Notes: a model not told the origin generated them from the sequence alone. 34,922 nucleotides of DNA from Candidatus Eiseniibacteriota bacterium (GCA_005893295.1 VBOY01000039.1:19541-54462), one strand, 5' to 3'; positions 19,202-27,959 are shown, counted from the first letter of the stretch. Numbers and translations: made by a program.

Positions 19202-20636
19202 GATCGAGCAGGAACGGGAAGACAGCCTGGCGGAGCGCGGGCCACAGTTCCTGATTCGGCTCGCGGCGATGCTGCGGACCGCGCGCACCCACGACGTGTC
19301 GAACCAGGCGTTCCAGCGCCAGCTGAAAGACTTCATCCAGCTCCTGTCCGCGATGTTCGAGGAGGACTCGGGACAGGACGAGGTGGCGCTCGCCGCGGCT
19401 GTCGGCTACTTCTACCTCAATGCGGTCCGCATCCGCGCCCAAGCCTCGCTCCTCCCCGTGTACCACTGGCTGATGGCGGAGTTCGAGCGCCGCTCGTTGG
19501 GAGGGGTTCGCTTCCTTTCCGGGGTCCACGAAGCGGAGCTCGAGCGCTTCTTCCAGCTCTTCCTGGCCGCCGAGGACGCCGCGCTCGCCGCACGGATCGC
19601 CGAGGCGATGCGCGAAGCGAGCATCGAGCACATCGTGGCGGTGCCGGCCTCCGCGCTGGACACGGACGATCTCGAGGCCTCGCTGGACCATCGGCAGGAG
19701 AACGAGCGCGGTCGAGCGAAGAAGGTGTTTTGGCACGCCGTGCTCGGCACGCGACGGATCGTGGCGCGGGCGCGCCAAAACGGTCGGCCCGACCTACGTC
19801 AAGCGAAGCGTCTGGTTCAGCCCGTGGTGGACAGCATCATGCGTCACGAGTACTCGGTCGTGGGGCTCACCGCTTTGCGCGATCACGACGAGTACACCTA
19901 CGCGCATTGCGTGAACGTGAGCATCGTATCGGTCGGAATCGGGCAGGCGCTGGGGCTGTCGCGCCAGGTGCTGGCGGACCTCGGGGTGGCAGCGCTGTTG
20001 CACGACGTCGGCAAGGTCGCGATCCCGCGTGAAGTGCTGCAGAAGCCGGGCCGGCTCGACGCACAGGAATGGCACCTCATGCAGCGGCATCCGCTCGAGG
20101 GCGCCAAGATGATGAGCCGCATGCCCGGGCTCACCGGCCTCACGCTCGACTCGATGCGCGTGTGCCTGGAGCATCACATGAACTTCGACCGCACCGGCTA
20201 TCCCGACGTCGACATGGAGTGGGGGCAGGCCACGCTGTCGCGGATCGTGGCCGTGGCGGATTGCTTCGACGCGATCACGGCCCATCGCACGTACCACAGC
20301 AGGCCGCGCACCGCGTTCGAAGCGCTCCAGTACATGCTGGGGCCGACACGCGTGGGCTTCGATCCCGCCGTGTTGTGGGGCCTGGTGCGGACCGTCGGCC
20401 TCTACCCGGCGGGCAGCGTGCTCGAGACCGACGATCACCACCTGGTCCTGGCGCTGAGCCCGGCCCCGGGCGACGTGCGGCGGCCGAACTGCCGCATCCT
20501 CGCCCGCCCGGACGGCACGACGCTGTCCGAGGACCACGTCGAGGAGTGGACACCGATGCCCGACGAGCGCCACGTGGTGCGGGTGCTGTCGCCCGAGGAC
20601 CATGCCTTCGACACCACCGAGCTGATCGCAGCCTAG
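19194..20636 (+). CDS. HD-GYP domain protein (putative c-di-GMP phosphodiesterase) with a roughly 230-aa N-terminal domain of unknown function
   Basis: 'ALLHDVGK' (HD) and 'HHMNFDRTGYP' (GYP) are present. The start ATG lies inside the stop region of the HEAT gene. Confidence 0.8.
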   Translation: MSEIEQEREDSLAERGPQFLIRLAAMLRTARTHDVSNQAFQRQLKDFIQLLSAMFEEDSGQDEVALAAAVGYFYLNAVRIRAQASLLPVYHWLMAEFERRSLGGVRFLSGVHEAELERFFQLFLAAEDAALAARIAEAMREASIEHIVAVPASALDTDDLEASLDHRQENERGRAKKVFWHAVLGTRRIVARARQNGRPDLRQAKRLVQPVVDSIMRHEYSVVGLTALRDHDEYTYAHCVNVSIVSVGIGQALGLSRQVLADLGVAALLHDVGKVAIPREVLQKPGRLDAQEWHLMQRHPLEGAKMMSRMPGLTGLTLDSMRVCLEHHMNFDRTGYPDVDMEWGQATLSRIVAVADCFDAITAHRTYHSRPRTAFEALQYMLGPTRVGFDPAVLWGLVRTVGLYPAGSVLETDDHHLVLALSPAPGDVRRPNCRILARPDGTTLSEDHVEEWTPMPDERHVVRVLSPEDHAFDTTELIAA

Positions 20637-20787
20637 TTGCCGCGCGCCCGCAGTGCTGGAGCTAGGCTCCCCATGCGAACGGACGGCGCCGGTGCGCCAC
20701 CCGTTGGTTCAGTTGGGTGAGCCCGCCGCGCGAGCTTGGACGCTCCCCGTCTCCACCCGCGCTCGTCGCGAACTCACCCGTTCCGCT

Positions 20788-21246
20788 TCAGTCGTCACAA
20801 TCCTCGTCGCCTTGATCCCCACACCAATCGCCATAGTCGTCGTCCGCCTCGATCACGCGCACCACGGACGGGTGATGATGGACGCGCACGTGGCTGTAGT
20901 AGACATCGAGCGTGGCGAAGCTCTCGTGGCAATAGGGGTCGTAGTAGACATAGCCCGCGGGGGCGGCGTGGGCGAGCGAGGCGCCGAGGAAGAGTCCCCC
21001 CAGGAAGCCGGCGAATACCGGCCCTGCGTTGCTGCGGCGCACGATGTAGGTCCCGTACGCCGGCTGGCGATAGCGGACCACGGTTCGAGGGGCGTAGTAG
21101 CTCCGCACCACCCGCACCTCGCGGTACGCGGGCCGGTAGCGGCGCCACCGGTGGCTCGCTTCGGCGGCCGGGCTCAAGATCGCCACGGCGACCAGGGCCA
21201 GCAGTAGCTCGGCGACCCAGCGCCTCGTTCTCGGGGCCTTTCTCAT
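20788..21246 (-). CDS. Small secreted protein: Tyr/Arg-rich N-terminal region, Gly-rich hydrophobic core, His cluster and acidic Cys-containing tail
   Basis: Signal peptide 'VAELLLALVAVAILSPAAEA'. Also present are 'HVRVHHHP', 'DPYCHES' and the C-terminal 'DWCGDQGDEDCDD'. Confidence 0.4.
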   Translation of the reverse strand: MRKAPRTRRWVAELLLALVAVAILSPAAEASHRWRRYRPAYREVRVVRSYYAPRTVVRYRQPAYGTYIVRRSNAGPVFAGFLGGLFLGASLAHAAPAGYVYYDPYCHESFATLDVYYSHVRVHHHPSVVRVIEADDDYGDWCGDQGDEDCDD

Positions 21247-21456
21247 GGGGAACCTCCTCGGCAAATGGTGTGGACGTGCCGTGTGAAACGATGACAACGA
21301 GCACGTGGCGTGCCACCGGCCGCAAGGACGCCTTCCCCTTGTCTGGGGCATGTCTCCGGGGCCAGACGCGGCCGGCTTAGGGCCCCGGTTTGTGGCGACC
21401 GCGCCACAGGGTGACGCGGCCGGGGGCTCGCGAGCGAGCGTGCCCGCGAAGCGCCT

Positions 21457-21873
21457 CTAGTTGCTGGTCGCGGTATGAACTACGCCGGCGTCGTTGTTCA
21501 CCCAGCGCACGTGCCCGGTGGGCTTGATGGAAACGGTCGAGGGCGAGAACGCATGGCCGTAAGGCGGATTGGACACCATCGAAACCACGGCCGAGTCTGC
21601 TTGCCCGGTGGCGATCGAGATCGTTCCCGTCATCTCGGCGTGATGGCGGCAGTGGTACCCGACGGTAGCCGCGGTGGGGAAGGTGAACTGGAAGCTCTGT
21701 CCCTGGTTCATGTCCCCGGAGTCGAAGCTGTCGCCGGAGGGGGGATTCGTGATCCCACCTCCGCCGCCCCCACCACCATTGTTCTTCGAGCAAGCCGACA
21801 TCGAGGTGACGCAGAACAGAACCAGAACCACGGTGGGCCGGACAAACGGGGTCGATCGGGCAGGCATCGCCAT
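21457..21873 (-). CDS. Lipoprotein type-1 (blue) copper cupredoxin with a Gly8 linker; ligand segments appear in permuted order
   Basis: Lipobox 'VTSMSAC', then 8 Gly. 'YHCRHHAEMTG' is the Cys-His-Met loop. The C-terminal 'FSPSTVSIKPTGHVRWVNNDAGVVHT' matches the plastocyanin N-terminal His strand ('[25 protein letters not shown]'). Confidence 0.55.
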   Translation of the reverse strand: MAMPARSTPFVRPTVVLVLFCVTSMSACSKNNGGGGGGGGITNPPSGDSFDSGDMNQGQSFQFTFPTAATVGYHCRHHAEMTGTISIATGQADSAVVSMVSNPPYGHAFSPSTVSIKPTGHVRWVNNDAGVVHTATSN

Positions 21874-21988
21874 CCTCCAGTCTTGGCTTCGTCGCGGCAC
21901 ATTGTCGCCTTTGGATGGGACGCGAGCCGCCGCGGATTCGTGAGATGGTCCCCCGCAGGCCCGAGCGCCGGCCTCGTCTCGAGGATCG

Positions 21989-22505
21989 TCATCCAACGCC
22001 GGGTTCGTGTTCGCGGTGCCGTTGGGCGCGCTTCCTGCGCCGCGCCGCCTCGGCGGTCAGCAAGAAGATGCTCAACCCGACGATCAGGAAGGCGAGCGAC
22101 GCTTGGAACGTGACGAACATCGCCACCTTGAGATAGGCGAAGCCTGGATGCCAGAACCGCGTCATCCAACCCGCCGCCTCCGAAAGCAGCGCCGAGCCGA
22201 ACGCCACCGGCCGAGAAACGGAGCGGGGCGAAGAGCATCAAGTGGCAGAGCAGCAGCAGCACGAGCGCGAACATCGGCAGGTGCATATGCGTGACCTCGA
22301 GCATGCTGACCGCCGAGCGCGGCGGCCGGAACTCGGCCTCGTTCCCACGGTAGTAAGACACGATGCTCGCCGGATCCAGGTTCATGTGCGACAGGTAGAG
22401 TGCGAGGTTGGTCGCCCAGAAGCCGGCCAGCAGCAGCAACGCGAGTCCCAGCGTGAGCCGCATCAGCGGCTGGTTCTGGAAGCCTCCCGATTCGAGGTAC
22501 TTCAT
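21989..22505 (-). pseudogene. Polytopic His-rich membrane protein gene with an apparent -1/+1 frameshift near 22207-22230
   Basis: The N-terminal part (frame of ORF 21708..22556) is membrane-like up to 'LFAPLRFS'. A convincing membrane C-terminus continues in the frame of ORF 21989..22207. After the junction, frame A degenerates into a Gly/Arg-rich translation that overlaps the cupredoxin gene. Confidence 0.35.
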
Positions 22506-22734
22506 CGGCGTGGGCGTTGCGACGCCATGGCGGTCTTCCCTTAAGGTGGCGTTCACCGAGCTTCGCGGGTGCGCGGGAGAACCCGCATCCTACCGACACG
22601 ATTCGTGGTCCGCCACCGCTGTGGGCCTGTTGTAGACTTTTCGCGCCCTGGCCGCGGGCGCACGGGCCCCCTGGGTCGGCCCACGATGGGACGACGGGAC
22701 CACTCGCTTCGCGTGTCGGGCAGAGGATGCGTGC

Positions 22735-25700
22735 ATGCTCGAGCGATTCGCGGGCCGATACCTCCTGCTGAGGCGCCTGGGACAGGGCGGGATGGGTGAG
22801 GTCTACCTGGCCCGCGATCTGACGACCGGGGCCGAGTGCGCTCTCAAGCGCCTTGCGGCGCGGAACGTGAGCCCCGATGCCGCGCGCCGCGAATTCGAGA
22901 TCCTGTCGCGCATCCGGCATCCCGCGATCGTCGAGGTGCACGAGCTCGGCCTCGCCGCCGATGGAACCCCCTACATGACGATGGAGTACGTGCCGGGCGT
23001 GGCGGCCGACCGCGCGCTGGCGCGCGGCGACTGGGCGACGCTGCTATTCGTGGCCGCGCGCGTGGCGCAGGGCCTCGAAGCGCTCCACGGGGCAGGCGTG
23101 CTGCACGGCGACCTCAAGCCCTGGAACTTGCTCGTCGTGCCCGGGCCCTCGCCCGACGCGCCGGTGGCCGACGTGAAGCTCGTCGATTTCGGCCTTGCGG
23201 CGCTGCGCGACGCCGCCGGCGAGGGCCGCCGGGGCACGCCGGGCTTCGCCGCACCCGAAACGGTGCGCGGTGAAACGCCTTCGATCGCCTCGGACCTCTA
23301 CGGCTTCGGCGCGACGCTCTACGCGCTGGCCGCGCGCCGTTCGCCCTACGAGGGGGACTCTGCGGTCGAGGTGCTGCGCCGCCAGCAAGCCGGGCCGCCT
23401 TCCGCACTTCCGCTCGAGGAGGTCGGCACGCCCGCTCCGCTCGTCCAGTTCGTGCTGCGGTTGATGGCGCCCGACGCCTCCGAGCGACCGGCGGACGCCC
23501 GCGAAGCGCGGCGCGAGCTCGAGCGCCTGCATCCGGTCTCGCGCCGCCCGCTCGCCGAGCGTCTCGAGACCGCGGTCACGGTGGGACGCGAGCGGGAGCT
23601 GGCGCGCCTCGAGCGATCGCTCGAGCGTGACACGGCGAGGCGGATCATCGTGCTGTCGGGTCCGGCGGGCCTGGGCAAGTCCACGCTGCTGACCGAGCTC
23701 GCGGTGCGCGGGTCGCTCGCGGGCCGGCACGTGCTGCACGCTTCGTGCGCCGCGCATGAGCCGGCGGACATCGCACGCCGGCTGCTCAAGCGTCTCGAGA
23801 CCGAGGCGGGTGAGGCCGTGGCGCCCTCGGCTGCCACCCGTGCCTTGTTCGAGTCGCGGAGCGCCTTCACGACCCTCGACCTCGAGGAGATGGTGGCGGA
23901 CGCGACGCGCTGGGCGGTCGAGGTCGCCGAGCGCGCCGGCCCGCTGCGTGTCCTGCTCGACGACGTGGAGCGACTGGATCCATTTTCGCGCTCGCTCATC
24001 CGCCGCCTGGTGGTCCGAAGGGCCCCGATCCACTGGGTGTGGGCGCGTCGCGACATCATGGGAGCATCCGACGAGCGCATGATGCTCGAGGCCGGGCTCG
24101 CGGAACACGTGGAGCTCTCGCCGCTCGCCGAGGACGGAATTGCGCGACTCGCCGCGGTGCGGCTCGGTGAGCCGGCTCCCGAGGCCCTGGCGTCGTTTCT
24201 GTGGAGTCGAAGCGGCGGGCATCCCGGGTTCGCGGTCGAGCTGCTCCGCGCGGCGGCCGCCGATGGCGTGCTGGTCGAGCAGGATCAGGGCCTGGTCGTG
24301 GCCGCGGACCGGCTCACCTCGCTAAAGATCCCCCGAGATTTCCAGGCTTCGCTGCTCGAACGGGTGGCGGCCTTGCCGGCCGAGGCGCGCGAGGCCGCCG
24401 CCGCGCTCGCGGCGTGGGGCCGGCCGCTCGCGGCCGCGGACCTCAAGGCCCTTGCGCCGCGAGCCGACGAGCGCACGCGGGCGCGATTGATCGCCGCCGG
24501 GCTGGCGGCGCGCGGCGAGGGTGGGACCCTGACGCTGAGACCTCCGGCGCTCGCAGAGGAGCTGCTGCGAATGCTCGCGCCCGACGATCGCCGGGCGCTC
24601 CACCGCGCGGCCCTCGAACGGCCGGGGCTCGACCACGCCGAGCGCTTCCGGCACCTGCGGGAGGCGGGCGACACCTCAGGGGCGCTGGCGGCGGCCGAGT
24701 CGAGCTACGCCGAGCGGCCGAGCTACGAGCTGGCGGCCGCGGCGGCGGAGCTGGCGGAACCGAGCGCCCGCGATCGCGCCGGGCTGTGGCACGACCGCGC
24801 GGCGCGCGAGCTGGCCGCATTGGGCCGCTACGCCGCGGCGATTCCACATCTCGAACGCGCGCTGGCGTTGGAGTCCGACAGTCCCGCGCGACCCGAGCGC
24901 TGGGTACGCCTTTCGGGCGCGTGCCTCAGGGCCGGCCGACTCGACGACACCGAGTCCACCATCGCCCGCGCGCTCGCGGAGGATCCGCCGGCGGCGTTTC
25001 GGGCCAAGCTTCTCTGCAATCAAGCGGCACGCCGCCTCGCGCTCGGCGATCGCGACGCGGCCCGCACGCGAGCCGAGGAATCGCTGGCGCTCGCCGAGGG
25101 CGCGGCGGATTCCGAAGCCATCGGCGCGTCCGCCGAGCTGCTCGCCTACTTGCTGCTCGCCGAGCAGCGCACGGAGGAGGCCGAAGCGATGGCGAGGAGA
25201 GCCGGCGATGCGTACCGGGAAGGGCGTCACGTTCACGGCTCGATCCGCGCCCTCGGGATCAAGGGAGCGATCGCGCGGGCCCGCGGCCGGCTCGCCGAAG
25301 CGGAGCGACATTACCGCGACGGTCTGGCCGAAGCGCGGGCGCGCGCGCATCGCTTGGCCGAAGAAGAGTTGCTGCTGAATCTGGCCGTGGTCCTGGCCGA
25401 ATCGGGCCAGTGGACCGCGTTGCGTGAAACGTTCGAGAAGGCTTCACGCATCGCCCTCGAAGATGGTCGGGCCGGGGGCGCCGCCGTGGCCGTCGCCGGG
25501 CTGTCACACGCCGACGGCCTCACCGGCCGGCCGCGAGCGGCGCGCCGCCAAGGACGCGCCGCAGTGAGGCTCACGCGGAGCCACGTGCCACGGCTCGAGG
25601 CCTACGCCTGGCGCGCCCTCGCCCAGGCCGACCGCATCGCCGGGCGGCTCGATCGCGCGGAACGGGCGGCGCGGCGCGCGGTGACGCTCGCGGCCCGTCA

Positions 25701-27786
25701 GGTGCCGGAGGAGCTGGACTGGAGCCGCATCGAGCTCGGCCGCGCGCTGGCCGCGAGCGCGCGCTGGAACGAGGCGGGCGAGCTGTGGGACGCGGCACGC
25801 GATCGGGCGTCCGACCCGAACGCCGTGGCGACCGCGGTGCTCGAGGTTCTGGCAGGCATGGCCGCACTGCGGCGCGGGCGGCCCGACCGAGCCGCCGCGC
25901 GGCTCAAGACCGCAGAGGAATGGCTCGGCACGCACCCGGCTCCGTACGTCGAGGCGCTCGCCCGGCGACTCGAGGCCGAGCTGGCGTTGAAGGACGGCCG
26001 GCTCGCGGAGGGCCGCGAAACAGGCCACGGTGCCCTCGAGAAGCTGGCGGCTCTTCCGGCGCCGGTCGAACGCGCGCACGCCGCCCTCGAGCTGGCCCGC
26101 CTCGCTCCGGCGAGCCCCGAGCTGGCGCCCGCGGTGGTGTCGTGGCTCGACCTGGCGATCGGGACCTTCGAGCGCGTGGGCGACCGCAGCAGCCGCGAAC
26201 GCGCCCTGGCGCTGCTGGTCGAGTGGCTGCGCCGCCATCCGGTGCGACCTCCGGCTCCCGCGGGCGGCCGCGACCTGATCGAGCGCGTGAGCTGGCTGCT
26301 CCACTCGCTCTCGGATCCGCGCGAGCTCACCCAGCGCGCGATGCGCATGGCGGTGGAGCAGCTCGACGCGGAGCGGGGGGTGCTGCTGCTCATCGACTCC
26401 GAGAGCGGCCTGCTCGCGCCGATCGCCGAGCACGGCGCGGTGGACGCCGCGACCCGCCGTGAGGCGGTGGGCTACAGCCGCCGCGTGGCCCAGCGGGTGA
26501 CCGAAAGCGGAGACAGCCTGCTCATCACCGACGCCCCCGCGGACCCGCGCGTGCTCTCGGAGAGCGTCGTCGACATGCAGTTGCGCTCGATCCTGTGCGT
26601 GCCGATGTTCCTCGGGGGTCACGTGGTGGGCGCGGTCTACCTCGACGACTCGCGGCGCGCCCACACGTTCGGCGACGCCGACCGGGGCCTGCTCGAGGGG
26701 TTCGCGCACCTGATGGCGGTGGCGATCGAGAACAGTCGCGGGCACGACGAAGTGCGGCAGGTGAAGGAGCTGCTGGAGGGCGAGAACCTGTCGCTGCGCC
26801 AGGAAGTAGGGGTGCGCTTTCGCCCGAACAACGTGGTCGGATCGAGCAGCCAGATGCAGCGCGTGCTGGCCATGGTGGAGCACGCTGCCCGCACGCAGAC
26901 CACGGTGCTGATCACCGGGGAGAACGGCACCGGCAAGGAGCTGATCGCCCGCACGCTCCACCACGGCGGCAAGCGACGCTTGCGGCCGTTCGTGGCCGTC
27001 AATTGCGGCGCGATCCCGGAATCCCTGATCGAGAGCGAGCTGTTCGGCATCCTCCCCAACGTGGCCACCGGCGTGCGCGGCCGGCCGGGGCGTTTCGTGC
27101 AGGCCGATGGCGGGACGCTGTTCCTCGATGAGATCGGCGAGATGCCGCTCAAACAGCAGGTGACGCTGCTGTCGGCGATCGCGAACCGCGAGATCACTCC
27201 GGTGGGAGGCGGGAAGCCGATTCCGGTGGACGTTCGGATCATCGCCGCCACGAACCAGAACCTGCGTCGCCAGGTCGAGCAGGGAGCGTTCCGCGAAGAC
27301 CTCTACTATCGGCTCAACGTGATCGAGATCGAGGTGCCGCCGCTGCGCGAGCGAAAGGCGGACATCCCCGGGCTGGCGAAGCACTTTCTGGCCCAGTTCG
27401 CCGCGCAGCAGGAGCGCGACGTCCCCACCATGACGCCGGAGTTCCTTGCCGCCTTGATGCAGAGCGACTGGCCGGGCAACGTGCGCGAGCTACAGAACTA
27501 CATCGAGCGAATCCTGGCGATGACGATGGGCTCGGTGCTCATGCCGGATCCGCCGCCGCGCGACCTTCAGGAGCGCGGGGCGAGGAAGCTGCCGAGGGGG
27601 CGGCGCCTGGTGGATAGCGTGGAGGACCTCGAACGCCGGCTGGTGGGGGAGGCCCTGGAACGGGCCCGTGGCAACCAGAGCCACGCCGCAAAGGAGCTGG
27701 GGCTGACCGAGCAGTCCATGCGCTATCGCATACGGAAATATGGGCTTCACTCTGCTCGCGGAAACCGGCGAACTCGCCGAAGTTAG
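22735..27786 (+). CDS. 1683-aa fusion protein with six modules: non-RD Ser/Thr kinase, STAND/MalT-like NTPase, TPR-like helical repeats, GAF, sigma54-interaction-type AAA+ domain, Fis HTH
   Basis: Kinase: 'LGQGGMGEVY', 'ALKRL', 'HGDLKPWN', 'DFG', 'APE'. STAND Walker A 'GPAGLGKST' and Walker B 'VLLDDVERLD'. GAF region 'LCVPMFLGGHVVGAVYLDD'. AAA+ module: 'ITGENGTGKE', 'GGTLFLDEIGEMP', 'RIIAATNQNL', 'FREDLYYRLNVIEIEVPPLRERKADI'. HTH: 'HAAKELGLTEQSMRYRIRKYGL'. Confidence 0.85.
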   Translation: MLERFAGRYLLLRRLGQGGMGEVYLARDLTTGAECALKRLAARNVSPDAARREFEILSRIRHPAIVEVHELGLAADGTPYMTMEYVPGVAADRALARGDWATLLFVAARVAQGLEALHGAGVLHGDLKPWNLLVVPGPSPDAPVADVKLVDFGLAALRDAAGEGRRGTPGFAAPETVRGETPSIASDLYGFGATLYALAARRSPYEGDSAVEVLRRQQAGPPSALPLEEVGTPAPLVQFVLRLMAPDASERPADAREARRELERLHPVSRRPLAERLETAVTVGRERELARLERSLERDTARRIIVLSGPAGLGKSTLLTELAVRGSLAGRHVLHASCAAHEPADIARRLLKRLETEAGEAVAPSAATRALFESRSAFTTLDLEEMVADATRWAVEVAERAGPLRVLLDDVERLDPFSRSLIRRLVVRRAPIHWVWARRDIMGASDERMMLEAGLAEHVELSPLAEDGIARLAAVRLGEPAPEALASFLWSRSGGHPGFAVELLRAAAADGVLVEQDQGLVVAADRLTSLKIPRDFQASLLERVAALPAEAREAAAALAAWGRPLAAADLKALAPRADERTRARLIAAGLAARGEGGTLTLRPPALAEELLRMLAPDDRRALHRAALERPGLDHAERFRHLREAGDTSGALAAAESSYAERPSYELAAAAAELAEPSARDRAGLWHDRAARELAALGRYAAAIPHLERALALESDSPARPERWVRLSGACLRAGRLDDTESTIARALAEDPPAAFRAKLLCNQAARRLALGDRDAARTRAEESLALAEGAADSEAIGASAELLAYLLLAEQRTEEAEAMARRAGDAYREGRHVHGSIRALGIKGAIARARGRLAEAERHYRDGLAEARARAHRLAEEELLLNLAVVLAESGQWTALRETFEKASRIALEDGRAGGAAVAVAGLSHADGLTGRPRAARRQGRAAVRLTRSHVPRLEAYAWRALAQADRIAGRLDRAERAARRAVTLAARQVPEELDWSRIELGRALAASARWNEAGELWDAARDRASDPNAVATAVLEVLAGMAALRRGRPDRAAARLKTAEEWLGTHPAPYVEALARRLEAELALKDGRLAEGRETGHGALEKLAALPAPVERAHAALELARLAPASPELAPAVVSWLDLAIGTFERVGDRSSRERALALLVEWLRRHPVRPPAPAGGRDLIERVSWLLHSLSDPRELTQRAMRMAVEQLDAERGVLLLIDSESGLLAPIAEHGAVDAATRREAVGYSRRVAQRVTESGDSLLITDAPADPRVLSESVVDMQLRSILCVPMFLGGHVVGAVYLDDSRRAHTFGDADRGLLEGFAHLMAVAIENSRGHDEVRQVKELLEGENLSLRQEVGVRFRPNNVVGSSSQMQRVLAMVEHAARTQTTVLITGENGTGKELIARTLHHGGKRRLRPFVAVNCGAIPESLIESELFGILPNVATGVRGRPGRFVQADGGTLFLDEIGEMPLKQQVTLLSAIANREITPVGGGKPIPVDVRIIAATNQNLRRQVEQGAFREDLYYRLNVIEIEVPPLRERKADIPGLAKHFLAQFAAQQERDVPTMTPEFLAALMQSDWPGNVRELQNYIERILAMTMGSVLMPDPPPRDLQERGARKLPRGRRLVDSVEDLERRLVGEALERARGNQSHAAKELGLTEQSMRYRIRKYGLHSARGNRRTRRS

Positions 27787-27959
27787 CGATTTCACCCGTT
27801 CGCGTTGCGGCGCATTGCGTTATTGATTATTTCGTCGCTATTTGCGCTGTTTTCTGCGAGCCAAGGCCGTTTCCGATGCGCCTCCACTAGCGCGAGAACA
27901 CCCTCTTAACATCATGGTTCACATGTAGTAACTGGCATTCCGCACGAGACATCCCAGAG

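Noticed and set aside
21674-21943. Plus-strand ORF containing a poly-proline run (PPPPPPPP).
   Set aside because: It is the reverse-complement shadow of the Gly8-encoding GGN run in the minus-strand cupredoxin gene, and it has no independent support.
27918-27936. 'CTGGCATtccgcACGA' as a sigma54 promoter.
   Set aside because: The -24 is TGGCAT-like, but the -12 element is ACGA with no GC at the required spacing. The GGCACG-N4-TCGC element at 27960 fits better.
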